From a virus, in the IMG/VR virus record IMGVR_UViG_3300021425_003044, positions 2,259-66,258 of that record: a stretch of DNA of 64,000 nt; one strand, 5' to 3'. The position numbers and the translations under genes are program-made. The notes beneath the pieces were generated by a model, which was not told where the DNA came from, did not search any database, and worked only from the letters and a program-made list of their open reading frames with translations. Every line of letters starts with the position of its first letter. Position 1 is the first letter of the stretch. Below are positions 55,866-64,000 of this stretch, in pieces.

Positions 55866-58535
55866 ATGAGTTACGTTGACGCAATTTTTGATAGAAATGA
55901 AGATATAATAAGAGTTGTTGAAAGAAAAGAAGGTAAAAAACACTTCGTAGAACATCCAGTAAAATATACTTTTTACTACAAAGATCCTAAAGGAAAACAC
56001 CTAAGTATTTACGGTGACCCTCTCTCTAAAATTATCTGTAAAAATACAAAAGACTTTCGCAAAGAAATAGCAATAAATAGAGAAAAAACATTATTTGAAA
56101 GTGATGTTAATCCTATTTTCCAATGCCTAAGTGAAAACTACTTAAATCAAGATGCACCAAAATTAAATATAGCATTTTTTGATATTGAAACAGACTTTGA
56201 TCCTGATCGAGGATTTGCCGATCCTGCTGATCCTTTTATGCCAATTACAGCAATCACAGTAAACTTACAATGGTTAGATGCTTTAATTACACTAGCACTT
56301 CCTCCTAAAACACTTACACTAGAACAAGCTAAACACGAAGTTGCAGATTGGGGTGATGATGTCTTACTTTTTACAGATGAAGGAGATATGCTTGAAACAT
56401 TCCTTGATCTTATAGAGGATGCTGATGTATTAAGTGGGTGGAACTCAGAAGGTTATGATATTCCGTATACAGTTAATCGTGTAAGCAGGATACTAAGCAA
56501 GGATGATACAAGACGCTTTTGCTTATGGAAACAATTGCCAAAGAAAAGAGAATATGAAAAGTTTGGTAAGAAAGCAGAAACATTTGACCTCGTAGGTCGT
56601 GTACATTTAGACAGTCTTGAACTATATAGGAAGTACACTTATGAAGAACGTCATAGCTATAGACTAGATGCTATTGGCGAAATGGAAGTAGGCGAGCGTA
56701 AAACTGTTTATGAGGGTACCCTTGATCAATTATACAATAACGATTTTAAAACTTTTATTGAATATAATAGACAAGACGTTGCACTGCTAGATAAATTAGA
56801 TCGTAAACTAAAATTTATTGATCTAAGCAACGAACTTGCCCATGCAAATACTGTATTGCTACAAACTACAATGGGTGCTGTAGCAGTTACAGAACAAGCG
56901 ATTATTAACGAAGCACACGAAAGAGGCATGCGTGTACCTAATCGCCCTAAGAGAGATGACGAAAATACAGCGGCTGCAGGTGCTTATGTTGCATTTCCAA
57001 AAAAAGGTGTGCATAAATGGATCGGAAGTATGGACTTAAACAGTCTATATCCTAGCGTAATTCGTGCGTTAAACATGGCTCCTGAAACAATTGTAGGACA
57101 ACTTCGTCCTGAAATGACAGATAGTATTATCAACGAAGCTATAAGCTTGGAAAAGAAATCATTTGCGGGTGCGTGGGAAGGTCGCTTTGGTACAGAAGAA
57201 TATCAAGCAGTGCTCGATCAACGTAAAGATGTTGTACTAACTTTAGATTTTGAGGATGGAAGATCTGAAACACTAAGCGGTGCCGAAATTTACAAGCTAG
57301 TATTTGATAGCGGAATGCCTTGGATGTTAAGTGCTAATGGTACAATATTCACAACTGAATTTGAAGGAGTTATTCCAGGACTATTAAAACGTTGGTATGC
57401 AGAGCGTAAAGAGCTACAAGCAATGAAAAAGAAAGCTATCGAAGCAGGTAATCCGCTAGAAATTGCTTTTTGGGACAAACGGCAACTTGTAAAGAAAATT
57501 AATCTTAATTCATTATACGGTGCAATTTTAAATCCTGGATGTAGATTTTTTGATAAGCGTATAGGACAATCAACTACGCTAACTGGCAGGCAGATTGTAA
57601 AACATATGAGTGCAGAAGTTAATAAAGTTATAACTGGTGAATACAATCACACTGGCAAAGCTGTGATATATGGCGACACAGATTCGGTTTACTTTAGTGC
57701 ATATCCTGTATTAAAAACAGAAATAGACAATGGAACTATTCCTTGGTCAAAAGAAGCAGTAATTAGACTTTATGATCAAGTAGCAGAAGAAGCCAATATT
57801 ACTTTTAAAGATTTTATGGCTAAAGCATTCCATTGTCCGGCTAGCAGATCTGCAGTAATTGCAGCAGGTAGAGAAATTGTTGCAGAATCAGGACTTTACA
57901 TAACAAAAAAACGCTATGCAGCTTTAGTTTATGATTTAGAAGGCGAACGGAAAGATGTCGATGGCAAACCAGGTAAAGTGAAAGCAATGGGTCTTGATTT
58001 GCGTAGATCAGATACTCCAGTTTTTATGCAAGAATTTTTAATGGAAATTTTGATGATGGTTTTAAAAGAAGCACCAGAAGAAGAAATTATAAATAGGATT
58101 ACTGAATTCCGTGCAGAATTTAAAAGCCGTCCAGGATGGGAAAAAGGATCTCCCAAACGTGCTAATAAGATAGGACACTATCAAAGACTAGAAGAGTCTA
58201 AAGGTAAAGCTAATCTTCCAGGACATGTAAGAGCAAGTTTAAATTGGAATAGTTTAAAACAAATAAACAATGACAAATATAGTTTAGATATTGTAGACGG
58301 CATGAAAGTAATCGTTTGTAAACTAAAGCCTAATCCAATAGGTTATACAAGTGTTGCATATCCCGTAGATGAACTTAGATTGCCTGATTGGTTCAAAGAA
58401 CTTCCTTTTGATAGTGACGGGATGGAAGAAGCAATCATTGACAAAAAATTAGACAACCTTATCGGGGTATTGAACTATAACTTAGACGAAACAAAGCAGG
58501 AAAATAATTTTAATAATCTGTTTGAATGGGATTAA
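55866..58535 (+). CDS. family B DNA polymerase (T4 gp43-like) with 3'-5' exonuclease
   Basis: FDIETD, GWNSEGYDIPY, YNRQDV, DLNSLYPS, KINLNSLYG, YGDTDS, KKRY. Confidence 0.97.
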   Translation: MSYVDAIFDRNEDIIRVVERKEGKKHFVEHPVKYTFYYKDPKGKHLSIYGDPLSKIICKNTKDFRKEIAINREKTLFESDVNPIFQCLSENYLNQDAPKLNIAFFDIETDFDPDRGFADPADPFMPITAITVNLQWLDALITLALPPKTLTLEQAKHEVADWGDDVLLFTDEGDMLETFLDLIEDADVLSGWNSEGYDIPYTVNRVSRILSKDDTRRFCLWKQLPKKREYEKFGKKAETFDLVGRVHLDSLELYRKYTYEERHSYRLDAIGEMEVGERKTVYEGTLDQLYNNDFKTFIEYNRQDVALLDKLDRKLKFIDLSNELAHANTVLLQTTMGAVAVTEQAIINEAHERGMRVPNRPKRDDENTAAAGAYVAFPKKGVHKWIGSMDLNSLYPSVIRALNMAPETIVGQLRPEMTDSIINEAISLEKKSFAGAWEGRFGTEEYQAVLDQRKDVVLTLDFEDGRSETLSGAEIYKLVFDSGMPWMLSANGTIFTTEFEGVIPGLLKRWYAERKELQAMKKKAIEAGNPLEIAFWDKRQLVKKINLNSLYGAILNPGCRFFDKRIGQSTTLTGRQIVKHMSAEVNKVITGEYNHTGKAVIYGDTDSVYFSAYPVLKTEIDNGTIPWSKEAVIRLYDQVAEEANITFKDFMAKAFHCPASRSAVIAAGREIVAESGLYITKKRYAALVYDLEGERKDVDGKPGKVKAMGLDLRRSDTPVFMQEFLMEILMMVLKEAPEEEIINRITEFRAEFKSRPGWEKGSPKRANKIGHYQRLEESKGKANLPGHVRASLNWNSLKQINNDKYSLDIVDGMKVIVCKLKPNPIGYTSVAYPVDELRLPDWFKELPFDSDGMEEAIIDKKLDNLIGVLNYNLDETKQENNFNNLFEWD

Positions 58536-58538
58536 ATA

Positions 58539-59093
58539 ATGACTGAAGAAGAAACTCCTGAAAAATTAAAAGAAATAGCATCTAACTGGGAAGACTCTTA
58601 TAATGGCCATGCTGTAGAACATAAGAAGAAAAGACTATTAGATAGTATTAACTCTCCTGAATTTATAGCTGTACAAAAAGCATACAAAGAAGCTTCAGAA
58701 CAATACGAAGCAGACAATAACGAATGGTGGGACAAGCTGTCTGAAGAAGAAAGAGAAAAAGCTTTTTATGCTGTTTGTAAACGCATACATAAAGGTGACT
58801 ATGAAAAAAACGGAAGCTATAGATACGTTCTATATCAAGTATTTGGGTTTGATATGAGCATGTATGGCGTTGGTATGGATTGTGGTTATATGGATATACA
58901 TAATTCAATATTTGGTGGTATTGAACTTAGAAAAATGTCTGAAGCTAAAGAAATAACTATTAGGCAAGATGGCATTGAACATCAAATAATAGTTGACGAA
59001 CACCAGAATGTTAGTGTACAATTAAAAGATGATGATAATAAAATTGAAATTATTATTAACAATCTACCAAAAACATTTGATAAAACTGCCTAA
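58539..59093 (+). CDS. hypothetical protein (184 aa)
   Basis: ORF between polymerase and clamp. Confidence 0.65.
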   Translation: MTEEETPEKLKEIASNWEDSYNGHAVEHKKKRLLDSINSPEFIAVQKAYKEASEQYEADNNEWWDKLSEEEREKAFYAVCKRIHKGDYEKNGSYRYVLYQVFGFDMSMYGVGMDCGYMDIHNSIFGGIELRKMSEAKEITIRQDGIEHQIIVDEHQNVSVQLKDDDNKIEIIINNLPKTFDKTA

Positions 59094-59097
59094 TAAT

Positions 59098-59104
59098 CTA
59101 AATA
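59098..59104 (+). promoter_or_regulatory. late promoter element CTAAATA
   Basis: Intergenic, upstream of the clamp and dpdA. Confidence 0.5.
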
Positions 59105-59131
59105 ACTACTAACACAAACTATAAAGGATAA

Positions 59132-59863
59132 ATGCAAGACATTTTACAAGATATCGTATCACACACACATGGATTAGGATTTTTAACTACACTAAAAATT
59201 TCTACAGACTCTACTTCAACATCTATTAACAGCATTACAGAAAACAGAGGTGTAATTTTATTTGGAACTACTCATGACCGAATTAGCGATTTCGATGGAA
59301 TATTTGGTATGGGAAATTTAGATAAATTAAACTTGTTGCTAAAAAGTCCTGAATACAAAGAAGATGCAACAATTAAAGTACTACGCAAATCAAAAGATGA
59401 CGAAGATTACCCAGCTGGATTATACTTTGAAAATGTCATTGGAGATTTTAAGAATGAGTACAAGTTTATTAACAAAGATATTATTGAAAAGAATTTAAAA
59501 AGTGTAAGATTTAAAGGTGCTCAGTGGGGTGTTGAATTTGAGCCACCTGTAGCAAGCATCACGAGGATGAAACTAATGAGCGCAGTTCATTCTGAAAATT
59601 TACATTTTAATGTAAAATCAGATAATGATAACATTATATTTTCATTTGGTGATAGTGTATCACACGAAGGTGAATTTGTATTCAAGCACAAAGCTGGCGG
59701 TAGTTTAACAACTCAAAAAAGTTATCCTGTGCAAGAAGTACAAAGCATTTTAAGTTTATCAGGAAACTCTACTATAAGTATTTCAGATACAGGTGTGATG
59801 AAAATTTCAGTAGATAGCGGATTAGCTACTTATGATTACATTATTCCTTGTCAAACAAAATAA
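59132..59863 (+). CDS. probable DNA sliding clamp (gp45/PCNA-like)
   Basis: 243 aa, two-repeat alpha/beta pattern ending in YxYIIP; next to PolB; clamp loader in window. Confidence 0.6.
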   Translation: MQDILQDIVSHTHGLGFLTTLKISTDSTSTSINSITENRGVILFGTTHDRISDFDGIFGMGNLDKLNLLLKSPEYKEDATIKVLRKSKDDEDYPAGLYFENVIGDFKNEYKFINKDIIEKNLKSVRFKGAQWGVEFEPPVASITRMKLMSAVHSENLHFNVKSDNDNIIFSFGDSVSHEGEFVFKHKAGGSLTTQKSYPVQEVQSILSLSGNSTISISDTGVMKISVDSGLATYDYIIPCQTK

Positions 59864-61407
59864 TGAACACAAATTTAACAAACACACAAAAAGATTATGC
59901 AATATTCTTGCCTGCACTTAGCGGATTCTATGCTACATTTGTGGGCAAACAAAGATTTGAAGACTATGTTGATAAAACAAGGATTCCTAAACATTTAAAC
60001 AACGGTGTCGAAAGTTTAAACTACATTAATAAACAAGAAGGCAAGTTTTATTATAAGTGGACACTGTATTCTGCAGGTCATGCAAACTTGGATATAACGA
60101 AAGATGACCCAAACGAAGATATGATAAGGAATCGAAACCGAGAAGATACCTGGGTACTTGGTGACAGTGGTGGGTTCCAAATAGGTAAAGGTGTTTGGGA
60201 AGGCGACTGGAAAGATCCTAGTTGTCCTAAAGCTAGTAAAAAACGAAATGACGTTTTGCGCTGGATGGACAAATACATGGATTATGGAATGATACTAGAC
60301 ATTCCTGCCTGGGTAGCTAGAAGTGACGAAGGAAAAAAAGCTACAGGAGTTACTACTTATCAACAAGCAGTGAATGCAACAAGCATTAATAACAATTATT
60401 GGTTAAAAAATAGATCAGGTGCTTGTAAATTTTTAAATGTATTACAAGGCGAAAACCATACAGAAGCAGAGGATTGGTATCAACAAATGAAAGATTATTG
60501 TGATCCAAAAAAATATCCTTCTAATCACTTTAATGGTTGGAGCATGGGCGGACAAAATATGTGTGACATACACTTGGCGCTTAAAAGACTTATAGCATTA
60601 AGATATGACGGCTTACTAGAAAAAGGTACACATGATGTGATGCATTTCTTAGGAACAAGTAAACTTGAATGGGCTGCTTTGCTGACAGATGTGCAAAGAG
60701 CAATTAGAAAACATCATAATGAAAATTTTACCATAACATTTGATTGTGCAAGTCCGTTTTTAGCAACTGCTAATGGTCAAATTTACTGTGAATTAGAAAC
60801 TGATGATAGATCAAAATGGGTTTATAGAATGGTTCCTAGCATAGACAGTTTGCATTTAGCAACTGATACTACTCCATTTGGAAAAGCATTTGTTAGAGAA
60901 GGTAATCATACATCATTTATGGATAGTCCTATTTCAGATAAATTACTTACAAATGACATTTGCGTATATAACATAGGTGATAAAAATAAAGTTGGTGCTA
61001 TCAAAGTACTTGCTGGAGATCCAGAATTAAACAAAGATGGATCTATAAAATTAGATAAAGACGGCAATCCTATTATTAGAGAAAAAGATTCAACTAGCTG
61101 GGATAGTTTTAGCTATGCATTGATGATGGGTCATAATGTTTGGATGCATATAAACGCAGTACAAGAAGCAAATCGGAAATATGATGCAGGAATTTTTCCT
61201 TCTATGTTACTGCATGAAAAATTTGAGAAGATTGCTTTTCGAGAAGTAGTTGAAGAAATATTCTCAACTGATGATAAAGAAAAAGCAAATAAAATTTGTG
61301 ACAATTACAGACCATTTTTAGACACTATTATCGGAACAAGAGGCGCTGTAGGTAAAAAGATGACTAATCCAATCACAAAATATAACGAACATATTGAAGA
61401 GGTATAA
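59863..61407 (+). CDS. dpdA: TGT-fold 7-deazaguanine transglycosylase (DpdA-like)
   Basis: GDSGGFQIGKG, MILDIP, LNVLQG, GWSMGG, MHFLG, TFDCASP; no tRNA-TGT zinc motif seen; adjacent QueD-like gene. Confidence 0.75.
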   Translation: MNTNLTNTQKDYAIFLPALSGFYATFVGKQRFEDYVDKTRIPKHLNNGVESLNYINKQEGKFYYKWTLYSAGHANLDITKDDPNEDMIRNRNREDTWVLGDSGGFQIGKGVWEGDWKDPSCPKASKKRNDVLRWMDKYMDYGMILDIPAWVARSDEGKKATGVTTYQQAVNATSINNNYWLKNRSGACKFLNVLQGENHTEAEDWYQQMKDYCDPKKYPSNHFNGWSMGGQNMCDIHLALKRLIALRYDGLLEKGTHDVMHFLGTSKLEWAALLTDVQRAIRKHHNENFTITFDCASPFLATANGQIYCELETDDRSKWVYRMVPSIDSLHLATDTTPFGKAFVREGNHTSFMDSPISDKLLTNDICVYNIGDKNKVGAIKVLAGDPELNKDGSIKLDKDGNPIIREKDSTSWDSFSYALMMGHNVWMHINAVQEANRKYDAGIFPSMLLHEKFEKIAFREVVEEIFSTDDKEKANKICDNYRPFLDTIIGTRGAVGKKMTNPITKYNEHIEEV

Positions 61408-61931
61408 TGGACAGGAATTATAGCAATGAAAAATTAGATCGCGACGATGTAAGATTTTTTTATGGTAGGGAAGTTGAAAAAACTCCTGCCTATTCAATGA
61501 ATACATTATTTGTTGTAGGAATACAACCTATACTAGACATTACTAATGCTGTAGGAAAACTTAAAGCAGAACACATCTTTTTTGGTGCTAATCATTCTTT
61601 TAATCCGCAAACACCGGAAGAATGGGACCAATGGGAACAGATGATAGAACACTTTTTAAAAGAAGGACACTTGTGCAGTTTAGATATTCCTTTTAATGCT
61701 ATTGAACAATTTAACGAAGGAGGGTTATGCGAGTTTAATAATTTTATTCCGCAACTTAGAATTCCTATACCATATGTAAAACTTTGGAACTATAATACAA
61801 TGATTAAGATAGATGATATATCTTATAATAGTACAAATCCGGGAGTATGGTGTCATCGACTACACGACCTAATGGCAAGTGACAAATTCACAAAATGGAA
61901 AGATTACACACAAGATACAATTCTAAAATAA
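61407..61931 (+). CDS. hypothetical protein coupled to dpdA
   Basis: TAATG coupling, GAGG SD; HIFFGANHSF and NPGVWCH motifs. Confidence 0.7.
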   Translation: MDRNYSNEKLDRDDVRFFYGREVEKTPAYSMNTLFVVGIQPILDITNAVGKLKAEHIFFGANHSFNPQTPEEWDQWEQMIEHFLKEGHLCSLDIPFNAIEQFNEGGLCEFNNFIPQLRIPIPYVKLWNYNTMIKIDDISYNSTNPGVWCHRLHDLMASDKFTKWKDYTQDTILK

Positions 61932-61942
61932 ATAAAGGTACT

Positions 61943-62329
61943 ATGAGCAAAAGAAGCATTTGGATAACTTTTAGAAAGGAAGGTATTCATCAATACCCTG
62001 CAGCATTAACAGATCCTAATCTAGCAACAGGTGATGAATACGATGTAAGTTTTTTAGGTCATCCACACAGACATATTTTTCATTTCAAAGTACAAATAGA
62101 AGTTTTCCATGATGATAGAGAAATTGAATTTATACAATTTAAACGCTGGTGTGAAAATCTATATAACACAGGGACAGTACAATTAGACTATAAAAGCTGC
62201 GAAATGATTGCGGACGAATTGTATGAACAAATTCATACAAAATACCCAGGTCGATTTGTTGTAATTGATGTTGCAGAAGACGGCGAAAATGGCTGTCAAA
62301 TAATTTATAACGACTATGAAGAGAAATAA
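61943..62329 (+). CDS. QueD-like T-fold protein
   Basis: EGIHxYP, HPHRHIFH, DREIEFIQFKR, SCEMIA, EDGENG; start ATG 61943 after ATAAATA. Confidence 0.7.
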   Translation: MSKRSIWITFRKEGIHQYPAALTDPNLATGDEYDVSFLGHPHRHIFHFKVQIEVFHDDREIEFIQFKRWCENLYNTGTVQLDYKSCEMIADELYEQIHTKYPGRFVVIDVAEDGENGCQIIYNDYEEK

Positions 62330-62331
62330 AA

Positions 62332-62505
62332 ATGGCAATTAAAGATCCACTTATTCGAAAAATTTTTGATGATTTAGATGCATTTCGCGATTATTGTAGA
62401 TTTGAAGGGAAACCCTTCCATGAATCTAGTTTATATAAAAAAGGCGACCGAGTATGGGAAAGTTACTTAATTTGGCAGAAGTATAACAGTAAAAATAAAG
62501 GGTAA
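62332..62505 (+). CDS. hypothetical protein (57 aa, not in ORF track)
   Basis: MAIKDPLIRKIFDDLDAFRDYCRFEG...; exactly fills the gap between neighbours. Confidence 0.65.
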   Translation: MAIKDPLIRKIFDDLDAFRDYCRFEGKPFHESSLYKKGDRVWESYLIWQKYNSKNKG

Positions 62506-62506
62506 G

Positions 62507-63571
62507 ATGACTATCTATATAGTTGACTTAGAAGCTGTTGAAACTAGATATACTAAACAATGGAAAGACTGGCTTCCTAAACAAATTGAAAAAGCTACCG
62601 GCGCATCTGTTATAACAATTAGCGGAGGTGAAATTCCTCAAGATACTACTCCTGGAGCTTTTTTAAATTTTGGTGGTACTAATGTGTACAAAAGTAAACA
62701 ACAAGAAATAATTGCAGAAATGTTTTGTAATAATGAAATACAAGACGGAGATTATTTCTTGTATACTGATGCATGGAATCCTACTGTTATTCAATTAAAA
62801 TATATGGCTGAACTTTTAGGCTTTAAAATCAAAATTGGCGGTATGTGGCATGCTGGATCATATGATCACCATGATTTCTTAGGTAGACTAATTGGTGATT
62901 CTCCGTGGGTCAGACATGCAGAAATGAGCATGTATGAATGCTACGATGACAATTTTTTTGCAACAGAATTTCATATTGATTTATTTACTGAAACATTTTG
63001 GAAAGACACAGCTAAAATAGATGAACAAAAATTACATAAAATCAAACGTGTCGGTTGGCCAATGGAATATTTACATGACAGTATGTTTGGTAATAGAGGC
63101 CGACAGAAAGAAAATATTATAGTTTTTCCGCACAGAATTGCTCCAGAAAAACAACATGATATTTTCTTAGACCTAAAAGAATCTTTACCACAATATGAAT
63201 TTGTAACTTGCCAAGATAAAAAATTAACTAAAAAAGAGTATCATGAATTATTAGGACGAGCTAAAATTGTTTTTAGTGCAAACTTACAAGAAACTTTAGG
63301 AATCAGTTGGTATGAAGGATTACTTGTAGATTGTATTCCTATGGTTCCAGATAGATTGAGTTATAAAGAAATGGCGCAAGATGATTTTAAATATCCTAGT
63401 GCGTGGACTGCTAGTTTTGATACCTATAAAGAACATAAAATTAGTTTAATGGAGAGAATATTACATTTCATAGAAAACTATAGTAAGTATAAAGGCCAAA
63501 TAATTGAACAAAGAGAATTTTTAGAAAATAAATTCTTTTCGGGTACACGTCTTTATAATGCATTAAAATGA
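62507..63571 (+). CDS. GT-B fold glycosyltransferase
   Basis: VFPHRIAPEKQ, SANLQETLGISWYEG (Ex7E), PMVPDRLSYxEM. Confidence 0.85.
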   Translation: MTIYIVDLEAVETRYTKQWKDWLPKQIEKATGASVITISGGEIPQDTTPGAFLNFGGTNVYKSKQQEIIAEMFCNNEIQDGDYFLYTDAWNPTVIQLKYMAELLGFKIKIGGMWHAGSYDHHDFLGRLIGDSPWVRHAEMSMYECYDDNFFATEFHIDLFTETFWKDTAKIDEQKLHKIKRVGWPMEYLHDSMFGNRGRQKENIIVFPHRIAPEKQHDIFLDLKESLPQYEFVTCQDKKLTKKEYHELLGRAKIVFSANLQETLGISWYEGLLVDCIPMVPDRLSYKEMAQDDFKYPSAWTASFDTYKEHKISLMERILHFIENYSKYKGQIIEQREFLENKFFSGTRLYNALK

Positions 63572-63849
63572 CTAGACCTGTAACAATCACTATACCGTTA
63601 GATGATCAAGAATCACAGGTTTTAACTTATGATACAATGGCAAATAATACTTCCTTAGTTGACCCAGATAGCTTTACTTATAGCACTACTATCTGGGATA
63701 ACACTGTTACATTTAATGAACTTATTAATACAGGTGAAGTTGAAAAAATGGCTAAAGAATATCCTGCACTAGATAAAGCTTATCGAAATTTTAGACAAAT
63801 ATACGACTTAGTTAAAGCTGATTACAAATCTAAAAATAAAAAGGCATAA
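63568..63849 (+). CDS. hypothetical protein (93 aa)
   Basis: Coupled ORF; YPALxKAYxNFxxIYDLV C-terminus. Confidence 0.6.
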   Translation: MTRPVTITIPLDDQESQVLTYDTMANNTSLVDPDSFTYSTTIWDNTVTFNELINTGEVEKMAKEYPALDKAYRNFRQIYDLVKADYKSKNKKA

Positions 63850-64000
63850 TGAAAAAGAAATATTATTCATGGAATGATATTGAAACAATGTGCATACAAA
63901 TTGTAAATCAACTGTATGCAGACAACTGGCGTCCTGATTATATAGTAGGCCTTACCCGTGGAGGTAATGTACCTGCTACAATAATCAGCAACATGACAAA
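63849..64000 (+). CDS. type I phosphoribosyltransferase (Gpt-like), truncated by the window end
   Basis: MKKKYYSWNDIE...WRPDYIVGLTRGGNVPATIIS. Confidence 0.75.
   Translation, partial: MKKKYYSWNDIETMCIQIVNQLYADNWRPDYIVGLTRGGNVPATIISNMT

Noticed and set aside
55866-58535. Intron or intein in the DNA polymerase (also checked thyX, phoH, clpA)
   Set aside because: Normal lengths, contiguous motifs, no homing-endonuclease or splicing motifs seen
61020-61080. Short LNKDGS/LDKDGN duplication in DpdA as an EF-hand or mobile insert
   Set aside because: Too short, lacks flanking helices; most simply a variable surface loop
1-64000. Cellular (bacterial chromosome) origin suggested by purM, pyrD, clpA, dnaJ, iscA, fdxA
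   Set aside because: These genes are isolated from their normal operons and interleaved with T4-like baseplate, PolB, clamp loader, spanin and late-promoter features
1-64000. Stop-codon reassignment, as in some large phages
   Set aside because: Recognisable genes are full length in code 11, and TAA, TAG and TGA all terminate genes at sensible positions
1-64000. tRNA genes or CRISPR arrays
   Set aside because: Intergenic gaps are short and show no cloverleaf or repeat-spacer pattern by eye; tRNAscan was not run

Overview
AT-rich, gene-dense 64 kb segment of a large T4-related (jumbo-type) myovirus genome in the standard genetic code, almost entirely on the + strand. Spanins indicate a Gram-negative host; a FdxA-type ferredoxin suggests an alphaproteobacterium (inference). 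Left arm (1-14.6 kb): auxiliary metabolic and modification genes (PyrD, PurM, HAD phosphatase, NDP-sugar epimerase, QueD, flavin-dependent halogenase, GT-A glycosyltransferase, UV endonuclease, nitrilase, amidoligase, IscA). Middle (14.7-37.4 kb): baseplate/tail module with two paralogous giant proteins (2496 and 2921 aa). Then a stand-alone DnaE (Pol III alpha) fragment, GroES, two MazG-like genes, Bax inhibitor-1, clamp loader, ferredoxin, ThyX, dCMP deaminase, PhoH, a lysis cassette (GH19 endolysin, spanins, holin-like), DnaJ and ClpA. Next come a late-promoter-driven cluster of small proteins sharing an N-terminal capsid-targeting-like tag (including nucleotidyltransferase-like and ADP-ribosyltransferase-like cargo), family B DNA polymerase and sliding clamp. 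The right end holds a 7-deazaguanine DNA-modification cluster (DpdA-like TGT, QueD-like, GT-B glycosyltransferase, PRTase). Best leads: (1) possible glycosylated 7-deazaguanine DNA hypermodification; (2) a tagged, protease-processed virion cargo system; (3) leaderless late genes at a fixed 5-nt spacing from a TAA(A/G)TA element; (4) a DnaE half-gene alongside PolB; (5) phycobiliprotein-like Cys-x-Arg-Asp helical repeats and a blue-copper-like site in virion proteins. All family assignments are from motif recognition by eye; no database search was run.
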